56,502 nucleotides of DNA from a virus. Lineage: Duplodnaviria > Caudoviricetes. The notes below the pieces were generated by a model, which saw nothing but the letters and a program-made list of their open reading frames with translations, was not told the origin of the DNA and searched no databases. The DNA lies in IMG/VR virus record IMGVR_UViG_3300047476_001839, positions 1-56,502 of that record. One strand, 5' to 3'. Of this stretch, positions 10,860-20,318 are shown one piece after another. Numbering within the stretch: position 1 is the first letter of the stretch; every line of letters begins with the position of its first letter. The position numbers and the translations under genes are program-made.

Positions 10860-11345
10860 ATGGAAAATAATGCTGAAGTAAAAATTAATGGTGATAAAAA
10901 TATTGTTTACATTTTACAAAACAATGAGATACAGGGAAATGGTTGTTTAGAACATTTTCTTGCTATATTGGGGTTGATATTTTTAGCAGTGTTTTTAGCA
11001 TTTTTTTTCTTAATAGTATCTATCTTAACTTCTTTAGGAAAATCTCCAGAAACTTACAAGCCATGGCTTAAGGTTGAAAATCAAATTGTAAAGTTTCATA
11101 ATACACATAATCAGATCAAAGAAGTCAATTGGTGTCAAGGTTGCAAAAATGAGATTTCTTTGTATTTCAAAGATCACTTAAAAAATAAAAACAGAAATGA
11201 CATTCACAAATATTCTTTATGTCCAATATGCAAGTTCAATTTAAAATTGCAACATGAAGAAGTAATCAGATTAAATAAAATTTCTCATAAAAAAACAAAT
11301 TACATTACTATACTATTTGACAAGTATCCTTTGATAAGTGAATAA
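10860..11345 (+). CDS. membrane protein with CxxC pairs
   Basis: TM segment, CQGC..CPIC; leaderless after TGATACAAT. Confidence 0.7.
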   Translation: MENNAEVKINGDKNIVYILQNNEIQGNGCLEHFLAILGLIFLAVFLAFFFLIVSILTSLGKSPETYKPWLKVENQIVKFHNTHNQIKEVNWCQGCKNEISLYFKDHLKNKNRNDIHKYSLCPICKFNLKLQHEEVIRLNKISHKKTNYITILFDKYPLISE

Positions 11346-11359
11346 TGATACAATAAGCC

Positions 11360-11557
11360 ATGGAAAACCTGAAGTGGATATCTGCAATGTCTGAGCGTTT
11401 GAGAGATGAACTTTCGAGCGAGTATGATGATGAAACAAAAGATTTAATTATTCGAGCATTCAGAAACGGTTTATTTCAAAATCCTAATATACTCGAAGAA
11501 TTAAAATCGAGCTCTTTAATTGAAAGTGATTATTTCGAGGATGAGGATGAAGATTAA
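11360..11557 (+). CDS. hypothetical protein
   Basis: Leaderless after TGATACAAT. Confidence 0.65.
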   Translation: MENLKWISAMSERLRDELSSEYDDETKDLIIRAFRNGLFQNPNILEELKSSSLIESDYFEDEDED

Positions 11558-11723
11558 ACTTATCTATATGGCTGATGGTTTATTTGTTTACAAGACTGAA
11601 GATGGATATTCAGTGACAAATCATCAAGGCTATATTTTAAAGTCTGCAAAAACAATTCAAACTTGTGATAGATTCGTTCAAAAAGAATTAAATCAGAGAA
11701 GAGCAGATGAAAATATTAATTAA
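11547..11723 (+). CDS. hypothetical protein (paralog trio 1)
   Basis: GAGGA SD; weak similarity to next two ORFs. Confidence 0.6.
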   Translation: MKIKLIYMADGLFVYKTEDGYSVTNHQGYILKSAKTIQTCDRFVQKELNQRRADENIN

Positions 11724-11949
11724 GCCACGAAGATCAATTGAGCCTTTTAAGAAATATCAAGAGGACGATTATTTCATTGTTGAGAGAAACGGCATTCAAG
11801 AATTTCGAAGTCAATATTTAGAACGATGCAATCTTTATATTCAAATGAAATTAGCACAGATGAGAAAAGAAAATGAAAAGATTAATCAAGACAAGGAAAA
11901 AAATCGAGCCCTTCAAAGTGTATCAACTAGAAGATTGTTTCGTGGCTGA
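11707..11949 (+). CDS. hypothetical protein (paralog trio 2)
   Basis: IEPFKKYQEDDYFIVERN. Confidence 0.65.
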   Translation: MKILIKPRRSIEPFKKYQEDDYFIVERNGIQEFRSQYLERCNLYIQMKLAQMRKENEKINQDKEKNRALQSVSTRRLFRG

Positions 11950-12094
11950 GCTGAATGATGTTGAAGTTTTTCGAACAAAACATCAACACCTCTGTACAAG
12001 TTATTGCGAGATTAAATTGGCTGAACAGAGAAATCTTAAAAACCAACTAATCATTCAAAATATTCAAGAACTTAAAGCACAAGGAACACTCTAA
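11873..12094 (+). CDS. hypothetical protein (paralog trio 3)
   Basis: IEPFKVYQLEDCFVAELN. Confidence 0.65.
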   Translation: MKRLIKTRKKIEPFKVYQLEDCFVAELNDVEVFRTKHQHLCTSYCEIKLAEQRNLKNQLIIQNIQELKAQGTL

Positions 12095-12342
12095 TGCTTC
12101 CCCTGATTAGTATTTTTATTTTATCTTCTTTAGACCCCATTAAGAACTTTGTATCTTTAAAAACTTACATCTCTCAAAACGCACAGAAACATTGCCAGGT
12201 ATATTTTATTGATGAAAACATTCCTGACTTTCCACGAGTTAATATCATCGAGAAAAATCGAGAGGCATTTTTCGAGTACCTTGATACTATAGGAATTGAA
12301 CATACTCAAGTGGGCGGTTACTTTTTTATTAAGAAGAAATAA
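12094..12342 (+). CDS. hypothetical protein
   Basis: TAATG coupling. Confidence 0.6.
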   Translation: MLPLISIFILSSLDPIKNFVSLKTYISQNAQKHCQVYFIDENIPDFPRVNIIEKNREAFFEYLDTIGIEHTQVGGYFFIKKK

Positions 12343-12403
12343 AACCTATGACATACAAATTGGTATTCATTTTTCTTTTGTAGAGACAGACAACTACGAA
12401 TGA
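12341..12403 (+). pseudogene. 3' relic of a paralog of 12416..12772
   Basis: Translates KTYDIQIGIHFSFVETDNYE* vs EKFNIRIHFSFTQTDNYE*. Confidence 0.65.
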
Positions 12404-12415
12404 TATAATGTTCCC

Positions 12416-12772
12416 ATGAACGAACAGATATCACCACTTCAAATCCAGTATCTCTTTGAAAACTACAAAGAACATCAGATAATGGATGAACAACTTCAGT
12501 ACCTAGAAAAGTACCACGCAGACTTAATCAAAGCCATGCGTGAAATGACAGGCCACAATCCTCATTTCACCTTTGCTGATGAGACCAAAACCATCGAATA
12601 CCTTTACGCCGAACTCCTACAATACAGGAAGACACATAAGGGCACACATATCTCTATTGGAACCTCTGGCTGGACTGTTCTATACCATAGGAAGAACGTG
12701 AAATACAAGGATGGCGAGAAGTTTAACATCCGTATCCACTTTTCCTTCACCCAAACGGATAACTACGAATGA
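12416..12772 (+). CDS. hypothetical protein
   Basis: Leaderless after TGATATAAT. Confidence 0.75.
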   Translation: MNEQISPLQIQYLFENYKEHQIMDEQLQYLEKYHADLIKAMREMTGHNPHFTFADETKTIEYLYAELLQYRKTHKGTHISIGTSGWTVLYHRKNVKYKDGEKFNIRIHFSFTQTDNYE

Positions 12773-12873
12773 TATACCTAATCTCCTTCATTGCAGATCT
12801 CGTCCTAGCTGCAATAATTATCTGGACAATTATCAGGTTAAAGGCACGAATGCGATGATATAATAGGGATACG

Positions 12874-13770
12874 ATGAAGTTATCCCTATGTTGCATCTCT
12901 AATATCCTAGCGGAACAAGGCACTAAATTCCGCACCATGACCTACAAGTCCTATTCTTCAAAATCCAAAGAAGAATCACAACAAAAACTATCCGAGATTA
13001 TTCAAAATAATTTCAATACATCTAGACACATAATCTATCACTGCAAAAAATCAGGCATCCAAGGTTATCGTCTTTCCTCTGATTTAACCCCTGTAATAAA
13101 TCACCCAGACGTAAACTTAACCCTAGAAGATTTACCAGACTTTAAATTAATTCAATATCAAATCAATGAATTAAAAAAAGCAATCAAAGAGACAGGGATT
13201 AAAGTTTCCGCCCATCCTTCAGAATATATTACTTTAACATCTGAAGACCCAAAGGCAATCAAAAACTCCATTAGAGACTTAGAATCCCATGCAGATATTT
13301 TTGATAGATTAGAACTACCAGAATCATACGAAGCCCCATTAAATATTCACGTAAGGAAAGACGGTAATCCAGATGAAATTTCCAGCAGATTCTTTAATAT
13401 TTTCAACGGATTACCTGATAACGTACGTAAACGACTTGTCCTTGAAAATAATGATAATTCAAATGGTACTTGGTCTATTAAAAACCTTCACCATTACTAT
13501 TACCGTAAAGAAAACATCCCCATAACATTCGATACCCTTCATCATTCAATTCTCTCAGATAACCTAACAGAAGAAGAAGCATTTAACCTTGCATACGATA
13601 CATGGAACACAACACCCATATTCCATTATTCTGAAGGTAAAAACAACACCAGGGCACACAAGGATATGCCAGATAATATCCCACCAACATACAAAGACGT
13701 TTATTGGGATGTAGAACTTAAAGGAAAAGATTACGCCATACTTGATATTTTAAATAAATGTAAAATGTAA
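12874..13770 (+). CDS. uvsE: UV DNA damage endonuclease
   Basis: YRLSSDL.P, SAHPSEY, NIHV, RLVLENND, ITFDTLHH, FHYSE, RAHKD, VELKGKDYA. Confidence 0.93.
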   Translation: MKLSLCCISNILAEQGTKFRTMTYKSYSSKSKEESQQKLSEIIQNNFNTSRHIIYHCKKSGIQGYRLSSDLTPVINHPDVNLTLEDLPDFKLIQYQINELKKAIKETGIKVSAHPSEYITLTSEDPKAIKNSIRDLESHADIFDRLELPESYEAPLNIHVRKDGNPDEISSRFFNIFNGLPDNVRKRLVLENNDNSNGTWSIKNLHHYYYRKENIPITFDTLHHSILSDNLTEEEAFNLAYDTWNTTPIFHYSEGKNNTRAHKDMPDNIPPTYKDVYWDVELKGKDYAILDILNKCKM

Positions 13771-13772
13771 GT

Positions 13773-14264
13773 ATGTTAAAAAAATATATCAATGAAGAAT
13801 GGAACTGGGCAATCCTAATCTTTATGCTATCGAAAAGTTTAATAGAAGCTGATGGGTTCCTTGAGACTACCGGATATATTTTCCACAATAAAGGAACAGA
13901 TATAATCACTGGCCAAAAAAGAACTATTCCAATCTATACACAAGTAGATGATATAGACGTAACAAAACCAGAAGCATATTTAGAAATACAAAAGAAATGT
14001 TTTGAATCTTCTGCAGATGGATTTTTAATAATAGGACAAGCACTAGAATCATTTGACGATGATGATGGTGATGAAGATGAATTTAATGAAACGATCTTCT
14101 GCAGAATAGAACATGAAAATAAACATTTCATTTCATCAACTCCAGTAATACATGAAGAAGATTATTCCACATTTGATTTGGATAGTTTAGTTAAATTTAA
14201 AACATACAACAATCAAACACTACCAAAAATGTATGCAAAGATTCTTCCCTGTAATCAAGATTAA
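13773..14264 (+). CDS. hypothetical protein
   Basis: Operon with uvsE. Confidence 0.7.
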   Translation: MLKKYINEEWNWAILIFMLSKSLIEADGFLETTGYIFHNKGTDIITGQKRTIPIYTQVDDIDVTKPEAYLEIQKKCFESSADGFLIIGQALESFDDDDGDEDEFNETIFCRIEHENKHFISSTPVIHEEDYSTFDLDSLVKFKTYNNQTLPKMYAKILPCNQD

Positions 14265-14280
14265 GTGATATAATCGACAT

Positions 14281-14529
14281 ATGGCAAACGAAACCCTACA
14301 AATCACAGACCTAGTAAAGAAGATTAAAAACCCTCTTGCTAAATATAATGATGGTGAAAAGACAACATCCATCTACCTTAAAGATAATGACGATACTTAC
14401 TACGTTATATGCAGTAAGGAAAACTTTAAGGAATGCACGTTCTTTGCTACCGTTAAAAATGTTCCCTATAACGAAACAATCAGTAGAGACGAGTTTTACA
14501 AGATTAAGGAGTTCATCAAAAAGAAATGA
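14281..14529 (+). CDS. hypothetical protein
   Basis: Leaderless after TGATATAAT. Confidence 0.7.
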   Translation: MANETLQITDLVKKIKNPLAKYNDGEKTTSIYLKDNDDTYYVICSKENFKECTFFATVKNVPYNETISRDEFYKIKEFIKKK

Positions 14530-14708
14530 CAGAGTTTAACAGCGAAGAACAACTAATCATTCTTGAAATACTTTACTCCATTAAAGTAAATGAACTTGCA
14601 AGAATATTAGTTGCAGAACAAATGGATTTATCTGATGAAGAGTTGTTTAAGGTCTTAGATAAAGCAGAAGAAATTTTAGCAAAAGAAACAAAACAAAATC
14701 CAAACTAA
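14526..14708 (+). CDS. hypothetical protein (similar to 51298..51459)
   Basis: ATGA overlap. Confidence 0.65.
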   Translation: MTEFNSEEQLIILEILYSIKVNELARILVAEQMDLSDEELFKVLDKAEEILAKETKQNPN

Positions 14709-14768
14709 TACCTAAAAAGTTATCAAAAATTTTTCCAGCTCCCCTTTCACTTGATGGGGGAGTTTTTT

Positions 14769-14833
14769 TATTAAGCAGAAATATTTCCTAAAAAAATTCT
14801 TTGAATTTTTTTATAATTTATTCGTCGTTAATA
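14769..14833. repeat. 64-bp dyad element, copy 1
   Basis: TATTAA-N7-TA-N5-TAAAAAA...TTTTTTA-N5-TA-N7-TTAATA between terminator and promoter. Confidence 0.9.
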
Positions 14834-14917
14834 TTTTTTTAATTTGTGTCTGGGGATTGAATTTATCTTGACTTTCTATGGCATATGCGATAACATTCAT
14901 ATGTTAAGGAGTTTGAT

Positions 14918-16240
14918 ATGAGCGATAACCGTTTCGATATGTTGGAGTTCGGCGATGCCACCCCTAAGGCAGAGCCAAACAAGGATGTCTTTAAGAACGC
15001 CGGTGGGCTTCAGGTTCGTGAAGGCTCTACCGCAAAGCAGGATGACAATGGCAACTGGTTCAACGCCATTGGTCTTCAGTCTACAGAGACCCATCGCCAC
15101 GTTGCCAAGATATGGCAAGACAAGTGCGTGTCTCTTGAATCATTCTACAGCACCTTGAAAGCCCAAGATGCCAACAAGGTTGACGTTGTCAAGGCAGAGT
15201 CTGCCATTCGCCTGCAAGATTCATCCACCTTGCTTGATGGTACGCCATTAACCAAGTCTGGTATGAATTCGCTTCGCCTGTTCACCGACATCCCTTCATC
15301 CATGATTTCATTCATGGAAGAGCGTGGTTACAATGACGAACTGGTCAAGTTCGTTAACGACGAACTTAATCGTCGTGAGCGAGAGTGGGCAAACAAGGGC
15401 AAGGATGCAAGAGAATTCCGTGTCCGCACCCGTCATGATGATGATGGTAACACCGTTGCTCGTGCTATCGTCTCTGAGCGATATGGTGTTATCGACAACC
15501 TTGAAGCAATGGAGATGATAATTGATGCTCTCCCCTCCAAGGATGCCATCAAGGATGCTCTTGCATCACACCTTCACAACGATGGTGATGATATGTTCGG
15601 CAACCTGCTCTTGCCTGACAACATCAAGTCAGAGCCAGACTCCGACTATGGGGTTGGCATTGCGTTCCGCAACAGTGAGGTACGCAACAGCACCTTCAAG
15701 GTATCGCCGTTCCTCTTCCGTGCCATTTGTCTTAATGGCATGATATGGGGTCGGCAAGATTCCAGCATCAAAGTCAACCAACGCCATATGGGCAACATTG
15801 ACAAGCAGGAATTGCGTGAAGAGGTTCGCCGTGCCATTGTTGTGGCATTGTCTCAAGGTAACGACCTATTGACATTGCTTGGACATTCCAAGCACGTTGA
15901 GGTCAAGAACCCAGAGCAGGTTATTGCACAGTTGTCCCGTGACAACAAGATGACCATAGCGCAGGGTAAACTCTGGCACAAGGGTTACCTTGAATCTTTG
16001 CAAGAGGCAAGTGGTCATTCCCATGACCGCACCGCCTTCGGTATCGTTAACGGCTTGACCCGTTCTGCTCAACAGTACACTGGTAGCACTCGTGAGCAGA
16101 TGGAGACAATCGCTAGTGCAATCCTTGCACCTGCCATTGATGCAGACCTCCAAGCGATTTCCAAGCGATGGGGTTTGATATCTGAGAGAGCCAAGTCTCT
16201 TGATGATGACACTGTTCTCCAGTATGCCTACATCAGGTAG
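14918..16240 (+). CDS. DUF932-family protein
   Basis: RAIVSERYGVIDN, GIAFRNSEVRNSTFKVSPFLFRAICLNGMI, TAFGIVNGLT. Confidence 0.7.
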   Translation: MSDNRFDMLEFGDATPKAEPNKDVFKNAGGLQVREGSTAKQDDNGNWFNAIGLQSTETHRHVAKIWQDKCVSLESFYSTLKAQDANKVDVVKAESAIRLQDSSTLLDGTPLTKSGMNSLRLFTDIPSSMISFMEERGYNDELVKFVNDELNRREREWANKGKDAREFRVRTRHDDDGNTVARAIVSERYGVIDNLEAMEMIIDALPSKDAIKDALASHLHNDGDDMFGNLLLPDNIKSEPDSDYGVGIAFRNSEVRNSTFKVSPFLFRAICLNGMIWGRQDSSIKVNQRHMGNIDKQELREEVRRAIVVALSQGNDLLTLLGHSKHVEVKNPEQVIAQLSRDNKMTIAQGKLWHKGYLESLQEASGHSHDRTAFGIVNGLTRSAQQYTGSTREQMETIASAILAPAIDADLQAISKRWGLISERAKSLDDDTVLQYAYIR

Positions 16241-16283
16241 GCATACCCTCAATGGGGAGTGGAAAATTCCACTCCCCATTTTT

Positions 16284-16347
16284 TATTAACTAAAAATATT
16301 TTCTAAAAAATTCTTTTGAATTTTTTAAGATTTATTCGTTGTTAATA
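16284..16347. repeat. 64-bp dyad element, copy 2
   Basis: Consensus match. Confidence 0.92.
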
Positions 16348-16415
16348 AATTTTTGTTTTAAATTACCCTTGCAATGTCTGGCATATGTGATAATATTATC
16401 AGTGAGGAACCTATT

Positions 16416-18440
16416 ATGATTATCGACAAGTCAGACAAGACAATCGTCACCACAGGCATCCAGTCGGAAGCCTTCTTCTCCGTCAAGCAGGAAAACCTGT
16501 CCCACCTGTTGGGCATTCTTCGCAACCAGTTGTATTCCGATAAGATTCAAGCGGTCATTCGTGAATACTGCACCAACGCAATGGATGCTAACATCGACGC
16601 TGGTGTACCTGATTGCCCAATTCAAGTCTCTCTCCCAAACTCGTTCTCACCTATCTTTAAGGTACGTGATTTCGGCAAGGGACTCTCCGAGGAGCAGATT
16701 TACAGCATCTACATCTCATTCGGTGATTCTTCTAAGCGTAACACCAATGACCAGACAGGTTGTCTTGGACTTGGTTCCAAGTCTGCATTCGCTTACGTGG
16801 ACAATTTCACCCTGACATCGTACCACGGTGGGCTTAAGAGTGTTTACTCTGCATTCATCGACGAGTCGGAAATTGGTAAAATCACCCGCTTGACTTGCGA
16901 GCCAACAGATGAGCCAACAGGCATTGAGGTATCAATTGCAGTCAAGTCAGGAGACTATCGCCAGTTCTCCGACAAGTGCTTCGACGTGCTTAAGTATTTC
17001 AGTCCTAAGCCAATAGTTCACAACGACCATGCTCTGCAAGCAAACATTGATGCATTCGACTCGAACCCTATCCTTGCTACCGACAATTGGACAATTTACA
17101 AGGATGGTCGCTGGGGATATAACAGGCATAGCCTCAAGGTTGTGATGGGCAATGTCGCATACCCTGTAAACTTGGATGCCCTTGGAGTTGGCTCGCAGTT
17201 TGCATCCTACATCCATTCATTCCGATACATGGAAATTGCCATCAAAGCACCTATCGGAGCAGTTAAAAACAACGCCTCCCGTGAGGCTTTGGACTATAAC
17301 CCTAAGACACAATCTTGGCTGTTCAATGCCTTGGCAGATTTCAAGGAACAGGTTGGTGCGGAACTCTCCAAGCAGATGGAATCGGCAGAGACAATGTGGG
17401 ACGCTCTGATGATGTACCGAAATTTGTCTGATAAGGTAGGCAATGCTAACGTCCTTTCCTACCGTGGTGTACAGATTAACTCTAACTACATCAAATTGCC
17501 TAACGATGTGAAGGCACGTAAGGTTGAGAAGAACCGCAACAATAAGTTAAAGTGGGATGAAGCCATTGCGATAATGCCTCACCCTGAAGCACGTATCTTT
17601 GTTGACAATGGAAGCGTTAAGCGTCACGAACTCTTCGGTCGCATCGAGTCCTACGGTGACCTAACAGAGCAAACGTACCTGCTTCAGTTTGAATCTCAAG
17701 CCAAGGTTGACGAATTCTTCGCAAAAGAAATCCTTCAGGGTTGTCCTTGGACAGACCTTAACGATGCACCATACGTCAAGCCGACCCGTAAAGCCACGAA
17801 CATCAAGTCTGTGTATTCTGAGGGCTATCTGTTTGAACCAACCAGCCGATGGCGTAACGCAGACTATTGGAAGCCTTGCCAGATTGACGTTGCCAACGGT
17901 GAAGGAATCTATGTGGTCATATCCCATTACACTCCTGTCGCTTCAAGCATCAGTATCAGTGGTATTGAAGCGTTGAAGAAGCAACTCCTCAAGTGTGGTA
18001 TTGATGTTCCAGTTTATGGCGTTCGTGCAAAGACCGCCTTAACTCTTGGCTCCGGGTGGAAATCTTACGAGACCTTCACCAAGGAAATGTTCAATGACCT
18101 GACCGCCAAGCACGGGATGGATAAGAATTGGGACTACCTTACTGCATCTATCGATAGCGTTGTCAGAGAACTTGCTACTGAAAAGTTTGATGGGTTTGTA
18201 TTCCCTGCTTGCATTCAGGACGTTGTTGATACAATCACGTATGTTCACAACCTCAGATGGAATGATGAGATGTATCTTGCTCAACACCTGTTCGATAGCC
18301 GTAGTGGTTCTTACGAGTCTAAACTCCAGCCAAAAATTCAACAGGTCTTTGAGGCTTACCCTATGCTCCGGTTTGTTGGTTGGTTGTTCAACAGACCTGA
18401 TATTGATAAGGTGAAGGACTACATCAATTTGGTTGGGTAG
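16416..18440 (+). CDS. rIIA: RIIA-like protein (GHKL/HATPase N-terminus)
   Basis: LYSDKIQAVIREYCTNAMDA, VRDFGKGL, SSKRNTNDQTGCLGLGSKSAFAY, SREALDY; adjacent to rIIB-like gene. Confidence 0.88.
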   Translation: MIIDKSDKTIVTTGIQSEAFFSVKQENLSHLLGILRNQLYSDKIQAVIREYCTNAMDANIDAGVPDCPIQVSLPNSFSPIFKVRDFGKGLSEEQIYSIYISFGDSSKRNTNDQTGCLGLGSKSAFAYVDNFTLTSYHGGLKSVYSAFIDESEIGKITRLTCEPTDEPTGIEVSIAVKSGDYRQFSDKCFDVLKYFSPKPIVHNDHALQANIDAFDSNPILATDNWTIYKDGRWGYNRHSLKVVMGNVAYPVNLDALGVGSQFASYIHSFRYMEIAIKAPIGAVKNNASREALDYNPKTQSWLFNALADFKEQVGAELSKQMESAETMWDALMMYRNLSDKVGNANVLSYRGVQINSNYIKLPNDVKARKVEKNRNNKLKWDEAIAIMPHPEARIFVDNGSVKRHELFGRIESYGDLTEQTYLLQFESQAKVDEFFAKEILQGCPWTDLNDAPYVKPTRKATNIKSVYSEGYLFEPTSRWRNADYWKPCQIDVANGEGIYVVISHYTPVASSISISGIEALKKQLLKCGIDVPVYGVRAKTALTLGSGWKSYETFTKEMFNDLTAKHGMDKNWDYLTASIDSVVRELATEKFDGFVFPACIQDVVDTITYVHNLRWNDEMYLAQHLFDSRSGSYESKLQPKIQQVFEAYPMLRFVGWLFNRPDIDKVKDYINLVG

Positions 18441-18490
18441 GTTCCTCAAACAAACCCCACCAGAACCCCCGCAGAAATGTGGGGGTTTTT

Positions 18491-18555
18491 TATTAACTAC
18501 CGCTAAATTCTAAAAAATTTCTTTGAAATTTTTTAGAATTTATTTCTCGTTAATA
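18491..18555. repeat. 64-bp dyad element, copy 3
   Basis: Consensus match. Confidence 0.9.
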
Positions 18556-18645
18556 AATTTAGCTCTATTTAAAAAGTAAGGATAATTGTGCTTGCACACG
18601 TATGAGATATGCGATAATATACATCTGTTAGTGAAGGAGAATGTT

Positions 18646-19797
18646 ATGGAAATAACCGCATCGTTGTTGAACCCGAACCCTGCTGATGGGTTCCTCACTG
18701 TCGTAGTTGATGGTAAGCAACATACCATCCTTGCAAGCAACCCTATGTTTGCATCTGCCGTCTCCGCATACCAGACCAAGGATTTCGATGCCTTGATGCT
18801 GGCTCTTGACCCGTCCCGCAAGTTCCTCAACCTCTACGCCAAGTATGAGCAAATCGAGGTCAAGGATGGCTCGGTCTTTGTCGATGGTGATACCATCCAG
18901 TCTGTGGTCGCAGACCGCATCATCAATTTCCTTGCAGATGGCGTGGACTGCTTGCCCATCTTCAAGTTTATCACCCGCTTGCAGTTAAATCCAAGCAAAC
19001 GTGCTGTTGATGAACTCTACACGTTCCTTGAGCATAAGCACCTGCCTCTCACCGAGACTGGTACGTTCCTTGCTTACAAGGCTGTCCGTAATGACTACAC
19101 CGATAAGCATACTGGCAGGTTCTTCAACGGTGTTGGAGAGGTCTTGTCGATGCCACGCAACAAGGTAGATGACGATAAGAATGTCGGGTGTTCCTACGGG
19201 TTCCACGCTGGCACTCTCCGGTACGCTTCAGAGTTTGCCTCCGGAAGCGACAAGATGGTTCTGGTTGAAATCGACCCTGCGGATGTTGTAAGCATCCCAA
19301 CCGATTGCGAGTTCCAGAAACTCCGCACCTGCCGATACAAGGTAGTTGCAGAGTATGAGCGACCGCTGGACGAACACGTCTATGAGTCACGCTTCTCCAC
19401 AGAGCATGATGATGATGTGGACGAAGAGTGGGATGATGAGTCATCTTGCATTGAATGCGAAAGTTATTCAATCGATTGTGATGATTGCAATTGCTGTAAT
19501 GACTGTTGCGATTGCGATGATGATGACGAGGAATGCTGTATGGCAGACCCTGACCCTGAGCCAGAACAGTTAAGCCTTCCGCTTGACAACAAGATGCAGA
19601 GCATTGATTGGTCTCAAGTCAAAGTCAACATCGATACCCTCTTGAACCACTTGTTCAAATCTCGTCGTCCTGCTCTGGCAATGGCAATTCGACGTGATAA
19701 CAAGGAATTCGATTTCGATGAGATTCCTTTTGGTAGTCTCCGCAACTACACCACGAACGATGATGCTAAAACCATCTACAATGAACTGAACCCCTAA
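18646..19797 (+). CDS. rIIB: RIIB-like protein with Cys/Asp-rich insert
   Basis: NPSKRAVDELYTFL, GTFLAYKAV, MPRNKVDDD..CSYGFHAG, DPADVVSIP.D...KLRTCRYKV. Confidence 0.88.
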   Translation: MEITASLLNPNPADGFLTVVVDGKQHTILASNPMFASAVSAYQTKDFDALMLALDPSRKFLNLYAKYEQIEVKDGSVFVDGDTIQSVVADRIINFLADGVDCLPIFKFITRLQLNPSKRAVDELYTFLEHKHLPLTETGTFLAYKAVRNDYTDKHTGRFFNGVGEVLSMPRNKVDDDKNVGCSYGFHAGTLRYASEFASGSDKMVLVEIDPADVVSIPTDCEFQKLRTCRYKVVAEYERPLDEHVYESRFSTEHDDDVDEEWDDESSCIECESYSIDCDDCNCCNDCCDCDDDDEECCMADPDPEPEQLSLPLDNKMQSIDWSQVKVNIDTLLNHLFKSRRPALAMAIRRDNKEFDFDEIPFGSLRNYTTNDDAKTIYNELNP

Positions 19798-19846
19798 CGG
19801 GGTTCAGCCTCCCACTAGGGAGAGGGCGAAAGCCCTCTCCCTTTTT

Positions 19847-19910
19847 TATTAACTACCGATAAATTCTAAAAAATTCTTTCGAATTTTTTAGGATATATTT
19901 CTAGTTAATA
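19847..19910. repeat. 64-bp dyad element, copy 4
   Basis: Consensus match. Confidence 0.9.
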
Positions 19911-19949
19911 TTTTTGCATTATTTTGAGAGTGTATGATATACTGTCATT

Positions 19950-20318
19950 ATGGGACTTAAGGTAAAGTATTTCCAATGTCAAGATTGGGAATCGTATGAT
20001 GCAGAGTTTAAAATTCGAAAGTATCACGAGTACCCTATAAACCGAGACAACTACATTCACGTTGCAGATTTCGAGTTTGAGACTGCCATTGGTGCAGAGC
20101 AATGTTTGTGGGAGCTTGTTTATTTATTTGGCACTGAAGACTGGTACACAAACCCTAAAGTCAAAGTCCATTCTATGCCGCCTTTAAGACACATCCAAAA
20201 AACCGATGTATTTACTCTGGTAAGTTTTGGTCAGTATTCTTTTGGAATCAAGCGGAATGAAGATATGATGGGGATGGCGTTTCCTTTTGACTATTTCCAA
20301 AATTCGAGTTTTGATTAA
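19950..20318 (+). CDS. hypothetical protein
   Basis: Leaderless after TGATATACT. Confidence 0.7.
   Translation: MGLKVKYFQCQDWESYDAEFKIRKYHEYPINRDNYIHVADFEFETAIGAEQCLWELVYLFGTEDWYTNPKVKVHSMPPLRHIQKTDVFTLVSFGQYSFGIKRNEDMMGMAFPFDYFQNSSFD

Noticed and set aside
14897-19573. Many antisense and alternate-frame ORFs over DUF932/rIIA/rIIB
   Set aside because: Shadow ORFs caused by higher GC; no RBS/promoter support or recognisable motifs.
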